A stretch of DNA of 64,000 nt. Source: Eledone cirrhosa. Its lineage: Eukaryota. Position numbers and translations under genes: made by a program. The stretch is taken from positions 27,962,001 to 28,026,000 of the forward strand of contig OZ024747.1 in NCBI GenBank assembly GCA_964016885.1, in the 5' to 3' direction. Below, one piece after another: positions 15,001-30,000 of the stretch (within the stretch, counting starts at the first letter, position 1; the number at the start of each line of letters is the position of its first letter). The notes under the pieces were generated by a model. The model worked only from the letters and a program-made list of their open reading frames with translations. It searched no databases and was not told where the DNA came from.

Positions 15001-18000
15001 AGGATATTGGTGTACTGGGGATGTTGTGGAGTGTATAGTCAGGATATTGGTGTACTGGGGATGTTGTGGAGTGTATAGTCAGGATATTGGTGTACTGGGG
15101 TGTTGTGTGGTGTATAGTCAGGATATTGGTGTACTGGGGATGTTGTGGAGTGTATAGTCAGGATATTGGTGTACTGGGGATGGTGTGGAGTGTATAGTCA
15201 GGATATTGGTGTACTGGGGATGTTGTGGAGTGTATAGTCAGGATATTGGTGTACTGGGGATGTTGTGGAGTGTATAGTCAGGATATTGGTGTACTGGGGA
15301 TGTTGTGGAGTGTATAGTCAGGATATTGGTGTACTGGGGATGTTGTGGAGTGTATAGTCAGGATATTGGTGTACTGGGGTGTTGTGTGGTGTATAGTCAG
15401 GATATTGGTGTACTGGGGATGTTGTGTGGTGTATAGTCAGGATATTGGTGTACTGGGGTGTTGTGGAGTGTATAGTCAGGATATTGGTGTACTGGGGTGT
15501 TGTGGAGTGTATAGTCAGGATATTGGTGGACTGGGGATGTTGTGTGGTGTATAGTCAGGATATTGGTGTACTGGGGATGTTGTGGAGTGTATAGTCAGGA
15601 TATTGGTGTACTGGGGATGTTGTGGAGTGTATAGTCAGGATATTGGTGTACTGGGGTGTTGTGTGGTGTATAGTCAGGATATTGGTGTACTGGGGATGTT
15701 GTGTGGTGTATAGTCAGGATATTGGTGTACTGGGGATGTTGTGTGGTGTACAGTCAGGATATTGGTGTACTGGGGTGTTGTGGAGTGTATAGTCAGGATA
15801 TTGGTGTACTGGGGATGTTGTGGGGTGTATAGTCAGGATATTGGTGTACTGGGGATGTTGTGGAGTGTATAGTCAGGATATTGGTGTACTGGGGATGTTG
15901 TGGGGTGTATAGTTAGGATATTGGTGTACTGGGGATGTTGTGGAGTGTATAGTCAGGATATTGGTGTACTGGGGATGTTGTGGAGCGTATAGTTAGGATA
16001 TTGGTGTACTGGGGATGTTGTGGAGTGTACAGTCAGGATATTTGTGGACTGGGGATGTTGTGGAGTGTATAGTCAGGATATTTGTGTACTGGGGTGTTGT
16101 GGAGTGTATAGTCAGGATATTGGTGTACTGGGGTGTTGTGGAGTGTATAGTCAGGATATTGGTGTACTGGGATATTGTGGAGTGTACAGTCAGGATATTT
16201 GTGTACTGGGGATGTTGTGGAGTGTATAGTCAGGATATTGGTGTACAGGGGTGTTGTGGAGTGTATAGTCAGGATATTGGTGTACTGGGATATTGTGGAG
16301 TGTATAGTCAGGATATTTGTGTACTGGGGATGTTGTGGAGTGTATAGTCAGGATATTGGTGTACTGGGATGTTGTGGAGTGTATAGTCAGGATATTGGTG
16401 TACTGGGGATGTTGTGGAGTGTATAGTCAGGATATTGGTGTACTGGGATGTTGTGGAGAGTATAGTCAGGATATTGGTGTACTGGGGATGTTGTGGAGTG
16501 TATAGTCAGGATATTGGTGTACTGGGATGTTGTGGAGTGTATAGTCAGGATATTGGTGTACTGGGGATGTTGTGGAGTGTATAGTCAGGATATTGGTGTA
16601 CTGGGATATTGTGGAGTGTATAGTCAGGATATTTGTGTACTGGGGATGTTGTGGAGTGTATAGTCAGGATATTGGTGTACTGGGGATGTTGTGTGGTGTA
16701 TAGTCAGGATATTGGTGTACTGGGGATGTTGTGTGGTGTATAGTCAGGATATTGGTGTACTGGGGTGTTGTGTGGTGTATAGTCAGGATATTGGTGTACT
16801 GGGGATGTTGTGGAGTGTATAGTCAGGATATTGGTGTACTGGGGATGTTGTGGAGTGTATAGTCAGGATATTGGTGTACTGGGGTGTTGTGGAGTGTATA
16901 GTCAGGATATTGGTGTACTGGGGATGTTGTGGAGTGTATAGTCAGGATATTGGTGTACTGGGGTGTTGTGTGGTGTATAGTCAGGATATTTGTGTACTGG
17001 GGATGTTGTGGAGTGTATAGTCAGGATATTGGTGTACTGGGGATGTTGTGGAGTGTATAGTCAGGATATTGGTGTACTGGGATATTGTGGAGTGTATAGT
17101 CAGGATATTGGTGTACTGGGATATTGTGGAGTGTATAGTCAGGATATTTGTGTACTGGGGATGTTGTGGAGTGTATAGTCAAGATATTGGTGTACTGGGA
17201 TGTTGTGGAGTGTATAGTCAGGATATTGGTGTACTGGGGATGTTGTGTGGTGTACAGTCAGGATATTGGTGTACTGGGGATGTTGTGTGGTGTACAGTCA
17301 GGATATTGGTGTACTGGGGTGTTGTGGAGTGTATAGTCAGGATATTGGTGTACTGGGGTGTTGTGGAGTGTATAGTCAGGATATTGGTGTACTGGGGTGT
17401 TGTGGAGTGTATAGTCAGGATATTGGTGTACTGGGGATGTTGTGTGGTGTACAGTCAGGATATTGGTGTACTGGGGAAGCTGTGTGGTGTACAGTCAGGA
17501 TATTGGTGTACTGGGGTGTTGTGTGGTGTACAGTCAGGATATTGGTGTACTGGGGTGTTGTGTGGTGTACAGTCAGGATATTGGTGTACTGGGGATGTTG
17601 TGGAGTGTATAGTCAGGATATTGGTGTACTGGGAATATTGTGGGGTGTATAATCAGGATATTGGTGTACTAGGGATGTTGTGTGGTGTATAGTCAGGATA
17701 TTGGTGTACTGGGGTGTTGTGGAGTGTATAGTCAGGATATTGGTGTACTGGGGTGTTGTGGTGTGTATAGTCAGGATATTGGTGTACTGGGGTGTTGTGC
17801 GGCTGTATAGTCAGGATATTGGTGGACTGGGGATGTTGTGTGGTGTATAGTCAGGATATTGGTGTACTGGGGATGTTGTGTGGTGTATAGTCAGGATATT
17901 GGTGTACTGGGGTGTCGGGGGGTGTATAGTCAGGATATTGGTGTACTGGAGTGTTGTGGGATGTATAGTCAGGATATTGGTGTACTGGGGTGTTGTGGAG

Positions 18001-21000
18001 TGTATAGTCAGGATATTGGTGTACTGGGGTGTTGTGGAGTGTATTGTCAGGATATTGGTGTACTGGGGTGTTGTGGAGTGTATTGTCAGGATATTGGTGT
18101 ACTGGGGATGTTGTGTGGTGTATAGTCAGGATATTGGTGTACTGGGATGTTGTGGAGTGTATAGTCAGGATATTGGTGTACTGGGGTGTTGTGGAGTGTA
18201 TAGTCAGGATATTGGTGTACTGGGGTGTTGTGTGGTGTATAGTCAGGATATTGGTGTACTGGGGTGTTGTGTGGTGTATAGTCAGGATATTGGTGTACTG
18301 GGGATGTTGTGTGGTGTACAGTCAGGATATTGGTGTACTGGGGTGTTGTGGAGTGTATAGTCAGGATATTGGTGTACTGGGGTGTTGTGGGGTGTATAGT
18401 CAGGATATTGGTGGACTGGGAATGTTGTGGAGTGTATAGTCAGGATATTGGTGTACTGGGAATGTTGTGGAGTGTACAGTCAGGATATTGGTGTACTGGG
18501 GTGTTGTGGAGTGTATAGTCAGGATATTGGTGTACTGGAAATGTTGTGGAGTGTATAGTCAGGATATTGGTGTACTGGGGATGTTGTGGAGTGTATAGTC
18601 AGGATATTGGTGTACTGGGGATGTTGTGGAGTGTACAGTCAGGATATTGGTGTACTGGGGATGTTGTGGAGTGTATAGTTAGGATATTGGTGTACTGGGG
18701 TGTTGTGGAGTGTATTGTCAGGATATTGGTGTACTGGGGATGTTGTGGAGTGTATAGTAAGGATATTGGTGTACTGGGGATGTTGTGTGGTGTACAGTCA
18801 GGATATTGGTGTACTGGGGATGTTGTGTGGTGTACAGTCAGGATATTGGTGTACTGGGGTGTTGTGGAGTGTATAGTCAGGATATTGGTGTACTGGGGTG
18901 TTGTGGGGTGTATAGTCAGGATATTGGTGGACTGGGAATGTTGTGGAGTGTATAGTCAGGATATTGGTGTACTGGGAATGTTGTGGAGTGTACAGTCAGG
19001 ATATTGGTGTACTGGGGTGTTGTGGAGTGTATAGTCAGGATATTGGTGGACTGGGAATGTTGTGGAGTGTATAGTCAGGATATTGGTGTACTGGGGATGT
19101 TGTGGAGTGTATAGTCAGGATATTGGTGTACTGGGGATGTTGTGGAGTGTACAGTCAGGATATTGGTGTACTGGGGATGTTGTGGAGTGTATAGTTAGGA
19201 TATTGGTGTACTGGGGATGTTGTGGAGTGTACAGTCAGGATATTGGTGTACTGGGGATGTTGTGGAGTGTATAGTCAGGATATTTGTGCAATGGGGATGT
19301 TGTGGAGTGTATAGTCAGGATATTGGTGTACTGGGGATGTTGTGGGGTGTATAGTCAGGATATTGGTGTACTGGGGATGTTGTGGGGTGTATAGTCAGGA
19401 TATTGGTGTACTGGGGATGTTGTGGAGTGTATAGTCAGGATATTGGTGTACTGGGGATGTTGTGGGGTGTATAGTTAGGATATTGGTGTACTGGGGATGT
19501 TGTGGAGTGTATAGTTAGGATATTGGTGTACTGGGGATGTTGTGGAGTGTATAGTCAGGATATTGGTGTACTGGGGATGTTGTGGAGTGTATAGTCAGGA
19601 TATTTGTGTACTGGGGATGTTGTGGAGTGTATAGTCAGGATATTGGTGTACTGGGGTGTTGTGGAGTGTATAGTCAGGATATTGTGGAGTGTATAGTCAG
19701 GATATTTGTGTACTGGGGATGTTGTGGAGTGTATAGTCAGGATATTGGTGTACTGGGGTGTTGCGGAGTGTATAGTCAGGATATTGGTGTACTGGGATAT
19801 TGTGGAGTGTATAGTCAGGATATTGGTGTACTGGGATGTTGTGGAGTGTATAGTCAGGATATTGGTGTACTGGGATGTTGTGGAGTGTATAGTCAGGATA
19901 TTGGTGTACTGGGATATTGTGGAGTGTATAGTCAGGATATTTGTGTACTGGGGATGTTGTGGAGTGTATAGTCAGGATATTGGTGTACTGGAATGTTGTG
20001 GAGTGTATAGTCAGGATATTGGTGTACTGAGGATGTTGTGGAGTGTATAGTTAGGATATTGGTGTACTGGGGATGTTGTGGAGTGTATAGTCAGGATATT
20101 GGTGTACTGGGATATTGTGGAGTGTATAGTCAGGATATTGGTGTACTGGGATGTTGTGGAGTGTATAGTCAGGATATTGGTGTACTGGGGATGTTGTGGA
20201 GTGTATAGTCAGGATATTGGTGTACTGGGATATTGTGGAGTGTATAGTCAGGATATTTGTGTACTGGGGATGTTGTGGAGTGTATAGTCAGGATATTGGT
20301 GTACTGGGATGTTGTGGAGTGTATAGTCAGGATATTGGTGTACTGGGGATATTGTGGAGTGTATAGTCAGGATATTGGTGTACTGGGATATTGTGGAGTG
20401 TATAGTCAGGATATTTGTGTACTGGGGATGTTGTGGAGTGTATAGTCAGGATATTGGTGTACTGGGGATGTTGTGTGGTGTATAGTCAGGATATTGGTGT
20501 ACTGGGGATGTTGTGTGGTGTATAGTCAGGATATTGGTGTACTGGGGTGTTGTGGGGTGTATAGTCAGGATATTGGTGTACTGGGGATGTTGTGGAGTGT
20601 ATAGTCAGGATATTGGTGTACTGGGGATGTTGTGGAGTGTATAGTCAGGATATTGGTGTACTGGGATATTGTGGAGTGTATAGTCAGGATATTGGTGTAC
20701 TGGGATATTGTGGAGTGTATAGTCAGGATATTTGTGTACTGGGGATGTTGTGGAGTGTATAGTCAGGATATTGGTGTACTGGGATGTTGTGGAGTGTATC
20801 GTCAGGATATTGGTGTACTGGGGTGTTGTGGAGTGTATAGTCAGGATATTGGTGTACTGGGATGTTGTGGAGTGTATAGTCAGGATATTGGTGTACTGGG
20901 GATGTTGTGGAGTGTATAGTCAGGATATTGGTGTACTGGGATGTTGTGGAGTGTATAGTCAGGATATTGGTGTACTGGGATATTGTGGAGTGTATAGTCA

Positions 21001-24000
21001 GGATATTTGTGTACTGGGGATGTTGTGGAGTGTATAGTCAGGATATTGGTGTACTGGGATATTGTGGAGTGTATAGTCAGGATATTTGTGTACTGGGGAT
21101 GTTGTGGAGTGTATAGTCAGGATATTGGTGTACTGGGGATGTTGTGGAGTGTATAGTCAGGATATTGGTGTACTGGGATATTGTGGAGTGTATAGTCAGG
21201 ATATTGGTGTACTGGGGATGTTGTGGAGTGTATAGTCAGGATATTGGTGTACTGGGGATGTTGTGGAGTGTATAGTCAGGATATTGGTGTACTGGGATGT
21301 TGTGGAGTGTATAGTCAGGATATTGGTGTACTGGGGATGTTGTGGAGTGTATAGTCAGGATATTGGTGTACTGGGGATGTTGTGGAGTGTATAGTCAGGA
21401 TATTGGTGTACTGGGATGTTGTGGAGTGTATAGTCAGGATATTTGTGTACTGGGGATGTTGTGGATTGTATAGTCAGGATATTGGTGTACTGGGGATGGT
21501 GTGGAGTGTATAGTCAGGATATTGGTGTACTGGGGATGGTGTGGAGTGTATAGTCAGGATATTGGTGTACTGGGGATGGTGTGGAGTGTATAGTCAGGAT
21601 ATTGGTGGACTGGGGATATTGTGGAGTGTATAGTCAGGATATTGGTGTACTGGGGATGTTGTGGAGTGTATAGTCAGGATATTGGTGTACTGGGGATGTT
21701 GTGGAGTGTATAGTCAGGATATTGGTGTACTGGGATGTTGTGGAGTGTATAGTCAGGATATTTGTGTACTGGGGATGTTGTGGAGTGTATAGTCAGGATA
21801 TTGGTGTACTGGGGATGGTGTGGAGTGTATAGTCAGGATATTGGTGTACTGGGGATGTTGTGGAGTGTATAGTCAGGATATTGGTGTACTGGGGATGTTG
21901 TGGAGTGTATAGTCAGGATATTGGTGTACTGGGATGTTGTGGAGTGTATAGTCAGGATATTTGTGTACTGGGGATGTTGTGGAGTGTATAGTCAGGATAT
22001 TGGTGTACTGGGGATGGTGTGGAGTGTATAGTCAGGATATTGGTGTACTGGGGATGGTGTGGAGTGTATAGTCAGGATATTGGTGTACTGGGAATGTTGT
22101 GGAGTGTATAGTCAGGATATTGGTGTACTGGGGATGTTGTGGAGTGTATAGTCAGGATATTGGTGTACTGGGGATGTTGTGGAGTGTACAGTCAGGATAT
22201 TGGTGTACTGGGGATGTTGTGGAGTGTATAGTTAGGATATTGGTGTACTGGGGTGTTGTGGAGTGTATTGTCAGGATATTGGTGTACTGGGGATGTTGTG
22301 GAGTGTATAGTAAGGATATTGGTGTACTGGGGATGTTGTGTGGTGTACAGTCAGGATATTGGTGTACTGGGGATGTTGTGTGGTGTACAGTCAGGATATT
22401 GGTGTACTGGGGTGTTGTGGAGTGTATAGTCAGGATATTGGTGTACTGGGGTGTTGTGGGGTGTATAGTCAGGATATTGGTGGACTGGGAATGTTGTGGA
22501 GTGTATAGTCAGGATATTGGTGTACTGGGAATGTTGTGGAGTGTACAGTCAGGATATTGGTGTACTGGGGTGTTGTGGAGTGTATAGTCAGGATATTGGT
22601 GGACTGGGAATGTTGTGGAGTGTATAGTCAGGATATTGGTGTACTGGGGATGTTGTGGAGTGTATAGTCAGGATATTGGTGTACTGGGGATGTTGTGGAG
22701 TGTACAGTCAGGATATTGGTGTACTGGGGATGTTGTGGAGTGTATAGTTAGGATATTGGTGTACTGGGGATGTTGTGGAGTGTACAGTCAGGATATTGGT
22801 GTACTGGGGATGTTGTGGAGTGTATAGTCAGGATATTTGTGCAATGGGGATGTTGTGGAGTGTATAGTCAGGATATTGGTGTACTGGGGATGTTGTGGGG
22901 TGTATAGTCAGGATATTGGTGTACTGGGGATGTTGTGGGGTGTATAGTCAGGATATTGGTGTACTGGGGATGTTGTGGAGTGTATAGTCAGGATATTGGT
23001 GTACTGGGGATGTTGTGGGGTGTATAGTTAGGATATTGGTGTACTGGGGATGTTGTGGAGTGTATAGTTAGGATATTGGTGTACTGGGGATGTTGTGGAG
23101 TGTATAGTCAGGATATTGGTGTACTGGGGATGTTGTGGAGTGTATAGTCAGGATATTTGTGTACTGGGGATGTTGTGGAGTGTATAGTCAGGATATTGGT
23201 GTACTGGGGTGTTGTGGAGTGTATAGTCAGGATATTGTGGAGTGTATAGTCAGGATATTTGTGTACTGGGGATGTTGTGGAGTGTATAGTCAGGATATTG
23301 GTGTACTGGGGTGTTGCGGAGTGTATAGTCAGGATATTGGTGTACTGGGATATTGTGGAGTGTATAGTCAGGATATTGGTGTACTGGGATGTTGTGGAGT
23401 GTATAGTCAGGATATTGGTGTACTGGGATGTTGTGGAGTGTATAGTCAGGATATTGGTGTACTGGGATATTGTGGAGTGTATAGTCAGGATATTTGTGTA
23501 CTGGGGATGTTGTGGAGTGTATAGTCAGGATATTGGTGTACTGGAATGTTGTGGAGTGTATAGTCAGGATATTGGTGTACTGAGGATGTTGTGGAGTGTA
23601 TAGTTAGGATATTGGTGTACTGGGGATGTTGTGGAGTGTATAGTCAGGATATTGGTGTACTGGGATATTGTGGAGTGTATAGTCAGGATATTGGTGTACT
23701 GGGATGTTGTGGAGTGTATAGTCAGGATATTGGTGTACTGGGGATGTTGTGGAGTGTATAGTCAGGATATTGGTGTACTGGGATATTGTGGAGTGTATAG
23801 TCAGGATATTTGTGTACTGGGGATGTTGTGGAGTGTATAGTCAGGATATTGGTGTACTGGGATGTTGTGGAGTGTATAGTCAGGATATTGGTGTACTGGG
23901 GATATTGTGGAGTGTATAGTCAGGATATTGGTGTACTGGGATATTGTGGAGTGTATAGTCAGGATATTTGTGTACTGGGGATGTTGTGGAGTGTATAGTC

Positions 24001-27000
24001 AGGATATTGGTGTACTGGGGATGTTGTGTGGTGTATAGTCAGGATATTGGTGTACTGGGGATGTTGTGTGGTGTATAGTCAGGATATTGGTGTACTGGGG
24101 TGTTGTGGGGTGTATAGTCAGGATATTGGTGTACTGGGGATGTTGTGGAGTGTATAGTCAGGATATTGGTGTACTGGGGATGTTGTGGAGTGTATAGTCA
24201 GGATATTGGTGTACTGGGATATTGTGGAGTGTATAGTCAGGATATTGGTGTACTGGGATATTGTGGAGTGTATAGTCAGGATATTTGTGTACTGGGGATG
24301 TTGTGGAGTGTATAGTCAGGATATTGGTGTACTGGGATGTTGTGGAGTGTATCGTCAGGATATTGGTGTACTGGGGTGTTGTGGAGTGTATAGTCAGGAT
24401 ATTGGTGTACTGGGATGTTGTGGAGTGTATAGTCAGGATATTGGTGTACTGGGGATGTTGTGGAGTGTATAGTCAGGATATTGGTGTACTGGGATGTTGT
24501 GGAGTGTATAGTCAGGATATTGGTGTACTGGGATATTGTGGAGTGTATAGTCAGGATATTTGTGTACTGGGGATGTTGTGGAGTGTATAGTCAGGATATT
24601 GGTGTACTGGGATATTGTGGAGTGTATAGTCAGGATATTTGTGTACTGGGGATGTTGTGGAGTGTATAGTCAGGATATTGGTGTACTGGGGATGTTGTGG
24701 AGTGTATAGTCAGGATATTGGTGTACTGGGATATTGTGGAGTGTATAGTCAGGATATTGGTGTACTGGGGATGTTGTGGAGTGTATAGTCAGGATATTGG
24801 TGTACTGGGGATGTTGTGGAGTGTATAGTCAGGATATTGGTGTACTGGGATGTTGTGGAGTGTATAGTCAGGATATTGGTGTACTGGGGATGTTGTGGAG
24901 TGTATAGTCAGGATATTGGTGTACTGGGGATGTTGTGGAGTGTATAGTCAGGATATTGGTGTACTGGGATGTTGTGGAGTGTATAGTCAGGATATTTGTG
25001 TACTGGGGATGTTGTGGATTGTATAGTCAGGATATTGGTGTACTGGGGATGGTGTGGAGTGTATAGTCAGGATATTGGTGTACTGGGGATGGTGTGGAGT
25101 GTATAGTCAGGATATTGGTGTACTGGGGATGGTGTGGAGTGTATAGTCAGGATATTGGTGGACTGGGGATATTGTGGAGTGTATAGTCAGGATATTGGTG
25201 TACTGGGGATGTTGTGGAGTGTATAGTCAGGATATTGGTGTACTGGGGATGTTGTGGAGTGTATAGTCAGGATATTGGTGTACTGGGATGTTGTGGAGTG
25301 TATAGTCAGGATATTTGTGTACTGGGGATGTTGTGGAGTGTATAGTCAGGATATTGGTGTACTGGGGATGGTGTGCAGTGTATAGTCAGGATATTGGTGT
25401 ACTGGGGATGTTGTGGAGTGTATAGTCAGGATATTGGTGTACTGGGGATGTTGTGGAGTGTATAGTCAGGATATTGGTGTACTGGGATGTTGTGGAGTGT
25501 ATAGTCAGGATATTTGTGTACTGGGGATGTTGTGGAGTGTATAGTCAGGATATTGGTGTACTGGGGATGGTGTGGAGTGTATAGTCAGGATATTGGTGTA
25601 CTGGGGATGGTGTGGAGTGTATAGTCAGGATATTGGTGGACTGGGGATATTGTGGAGTGTATAGTCAGGATATTGGTGTACTGGGGATGTTGTGGAGTGT
25701 ATAGTCAGGATATTGGTGTACTGGGGATGTTGTGGAGTGTATAGTCAGGATATTGGTGTACTGGGGATGTTGTGGAGTGTATAGTCAGGATATTGGTGTA
25801 CTGGGGATGTTGTGGAGTGTATAGTCAGGATATTGGTGTACTGGGATGTTGTGGAGTGTATAGTCAGGATATTGGTGTACTGGGGTGTTGTGGAGTGTAT
25901 AGTCAGGATATTGGTGGACTGGGGATATTGTGGAGTGTATAGTCAGGATATTGGTGTACTGGGGATATTGTGGAGTGTATAGTCAGGATATTGGTGTACT
26001 GGGATGTTGTGGAGTGTATAGTCAGGATATTGGTGTACTGGGGATGTTGTGGAGTGTATAGTCAGGATATTGGTGTACTGGGGATGTTGTGGAGTGTATA
26101 GTCAGGATATTGGTGTACTGGGATGTTGTGGAGTGTATAGTCAGGATATTGGTGTACTGGGGTGTTGTGGAGTGTATAGTCAGGATATTGGTGTACTGGG
26201 ATGTTGTGGAGTGTATAGTCAGGATATTGGTGTACTGGGATGTTGTGGAGTGTATAGTCAGGATATTGGTGTACTGGGGATGTTGTGGAGTGTATAGTCA
26301 GGATATTGGTGTACTGGGGATGTTGTGGAGTGTATAGTCAGGATATTGGTGTACTGGGATGTTGTGGAGTGTATAGTCAGGATATTGGTGTACTGGGGTG
26401 TTGTGGAGTGTATAGTCAGGATATTGGTGTACTGGGATATTGTGGAGTGTATAGTCAGGATATTGGTGGACTGGGGATATTGTGGAGTGTATAGTCAGGA
26501 TATTGGTGTACTGGGCATATTGTGGAGTGTATAGTCAGGATATTGGTGTACTGGGATGTTGTGGAGTGTATAGTCAGGATATTGGTGTACTGGGGATGTT
26601 GTGGAGTGTATAGTCAGGATATTGGTGTACTGGGATGTTGTGGAGTGTATAGTCAGGATATTGGTGTACTGGGGATGTTGTGGAGTGTATAGTCAGGATA
26701 TTGGTGTACTGGGATGTTGTGGAGTGTATAGTCAGGATATTTGTGTACTGGGGATGTTGTGGAGTGTATAGTCAGGATATTGGTGTACTGGGGATGGTGT
26801 GGAGTGTATAGTCAGGATATTGGTGTACTGGGGATGGTGTGGAGTGTATAGTCAGGATATTGGTGTACTGGGGTGTTGTGGAGTGTATAGTCAGGATATT
26901 GGTGTACTGGGGATGTTGTGGAGTGTATAGTCAGGATATTGGTGCATTGGGGTGTTGTGGGGTGTATAGTCAGGATATTGGTGCACTGGGGATGTTGTGG

Positions 27001-30000
27001 AGTGTATAGTCAGGATATTGGTGTACTGGGATATTGTGGAGTGTATAGTCAGGATATTTGTGTACTGGGGATGTTGTGGAGTGTATAGTCAGGATATTGG
27101 TGTACTGGGATGTTGTGGAGTGTATAGTCAGGATATTTGTGTACTGGGGATGTTGTGGAGTGTATAGTCAGGATATTGGTGTACTGGGGATGGTGTGGAG
27201 TGTATAGTCAGGATATTGGTGTACTGGGGATATTGTGGAGTGTATAGTCAGGATATTGGTGTACTGGGGTGTTGTGGAGTGTATAGTCAGGATATTGGTG
27301 TACTGGGGATGTTGTGGAGTGTATAGTCAGGATATTGGTGTACTGGGATGTTGTGGAGTGTATAGTCAGGATATTTGTGTACTGGGGATGTTGTGGAGTG
27401 TATAGTCAGGATATTGGTGTACTGGGATGTTGTGGAGTGTATAGTCAGGATATTTGTGTACTGGGGTGTTGTGGAGTGTATAGTCAGGATATTGGTGTAC
27501 TGGGGTGTTGTGGAGTGTATAGTCAGGATATTGGTGTACTGGGATATTGTGGAGTGTACAGTCAGGATATTTGTGTACTGGGGATGTTGTGGAGTGTATA
27601 GTCAGGATATTGGTGTACTGGGGTGTTGTGGAGTGTATAGTCAGGATATTGGTGTACTGGGATATTGTGGAGTGTATAGTCAGGATATTTGTGTACTGGG
27701 GATGTTGTGGAGTGTATAGTCAGGATATTGGTGTACTGGGATGTTGTGGAGTGTATAGTCAGGATATTGGTGTACTGGGGATGTTGTGGAGTGTATAGTC
27801 AGGATATTGGTGTACTGGGATGTTGTGGAGAGTATAGTCAGGATATTGGTGTACTGGGGATGTTGTGGAGTGTATAGTCAGGATATTGGTGTACTGGGAT
27901 GTTGTGGAGTGTATAGTCAGGATATTGGTGTACTGGGGATGTTGTGGAGTGTATAGTCAGGATATTGGTGTACTGGGATATTGTGGAGTGTATAGTCAGG
28001 ATATTTGTGTACTGGGGATGTTGTGGAGTGTATAGTCAGGATATTGGTGTACTGGGGATGTTGTGTGGTGTATAGTCAGGATATTGGTGTACTGGGGATG
28101 TTGTGTGGTGTATAGTCAGGATATTGGTGTACTGGGGTGTTGTGGGCTGTATAGTCAGGATATTGGTGTACTGGGGATGTTGTGGAGTGTATAGTCAGGA
28201 TATTGGTGTACTGGGGATGTTGTGGAGTGTATAGTCAGGATATTGGTGTACTGGGGTGTTGTGGAGTGTATAGTCAGGATATTGGTGTACTGGGGATGTT
28301 GTGGAGTGTATAGTCAGGATATTGGTGTACTGGGGTGTTGTGTGGTGTATAGTCAGGATATTTGTGTACTGGGGATGTTGTGGAGTGTATAGTCAGGATA
28401 TTGGTGTACTGGGGATGTTGTGGAGTGTATAGTCAGGATATTGGTGTACTGGGATATTGTGGAGTGTATAGTCAGGATATTGGTGTACTGGGATATTGTG
28501 GAGTGTATAGTCAGGATATTTGTGTACTGGGGATGTTGTGGAGTGTATAGTCAGGATATTGGTGTACTGGGATGTTGTGGAGTGTATAGTCAGGATATTG
28601 GTGTACTGGGGATGTTGTGTGGTGTACAGTCAGGATATTGGTGTACTGGGGATGTTGTGTGGTGTACAGTCAGGATATTGGTGTACTGGGGTGTTGTGGA
28701 GTGTATAGTCAGGATATTGGTGTACTGGGGTGTTGTGGAGTGTATAGTCAGGATATTGGTGTACTGGGGTGTTGTGGAGTGTATAGTCAGGATATTGGTG
28801 TACTGGGGATGTTGTGTGGTGTACAGTCAGGATATTGGTGTACTGGGGAAGCTGTGTGGTGTACAGTCAGGATATTGGTGTACTGGGGTGTTGTGTGGTG
28901 TACAGTCAGGATATTGGTGTACTGGGGTGTTGTGTGGTGTACAGTCAGGATATTGGTGTACTGGGGATGTTGTGGAGTGTATAGTCAGGATATTGGTGTA
29001 CTGGCAATATTGTGGGGTGTATAATCAGGATATTGGTGTACTAGGGATGTTGTGTGGTGTATAGTCAGGATATTGGTGTACTGGGGTGTTGTGGAGTGTA
29101 TAGTTAGGATATTGGTGTACTGGGGTGTTGTGGTGTGTATAGTCAGGATATTGGTGTACTGGGGTGTTGTGCGGCTGTATAGTCAGGATATTGGTGGACT
29201 GGGGATGTTGTGTGGTGTATAGTCAGGATATTGGTATACTGGGGATGTTGTGTGGTGTATAGTCAGGATATTGGTGTACTGGGGTGTTGGGGGGTGTATA
29301 GTCAGGATATTGGTGTACTGGAGTGTTGTGGGATGTATAGTCAGGATATTGGTGTACTGGGGTGTTGTGGAGTGTATAGTCAGGATATTGGTGTACTGGG
29401 GTGTTGTGGAGTGTATTGTCAGGATATTGGTGTACTGGGGTGTTGTGGAGTGTATTGTCAGGATATTGGTGTACTGGGGATGTTGTGTGGTGTATAGTCA
29501 GGATATTGGTGTACTGGGATGTTGTGGAGTGTATAGTCAGGATATTGGTGTACTGGGGTGTTGTGGAGTGTTTAGTCAGGATATTGGTGTACTGGGGTGT
29601 TGTGTGGTGTATAGTCAGGATATTGGTGTACTGGGGTGTTGTGTGGTGTATAGTCAGGATATTGGTGTACTGGGGATGTTGTGTGGTGTACAGTCAGGAT
29701 ATTGGTGTACTGGGGTGTTGTGGAGTGTATATTCAGGATATTGGTGTACTGGGGATGTTGTGGAGTGTATAGTCAGGATATTGGTGTACTGGGGTGTTGT
29801 GGAGTGTATTGTCAGGATATTGGTGTACTGGGGTGTTGTGGAGTGTATAGTCAGGATATTGGTGTACTGGGGATGTTGTGGAGTGTATAGTAAGGATATT
29901 GGTGTACTGGGGATGTTGTGTGGTGTACAGTCAGGATATTGGTGTACTGGGGATGTTGTGTGGTGTACAGTCAGGATATTGGTGTACTGGGGTGTTGTGG

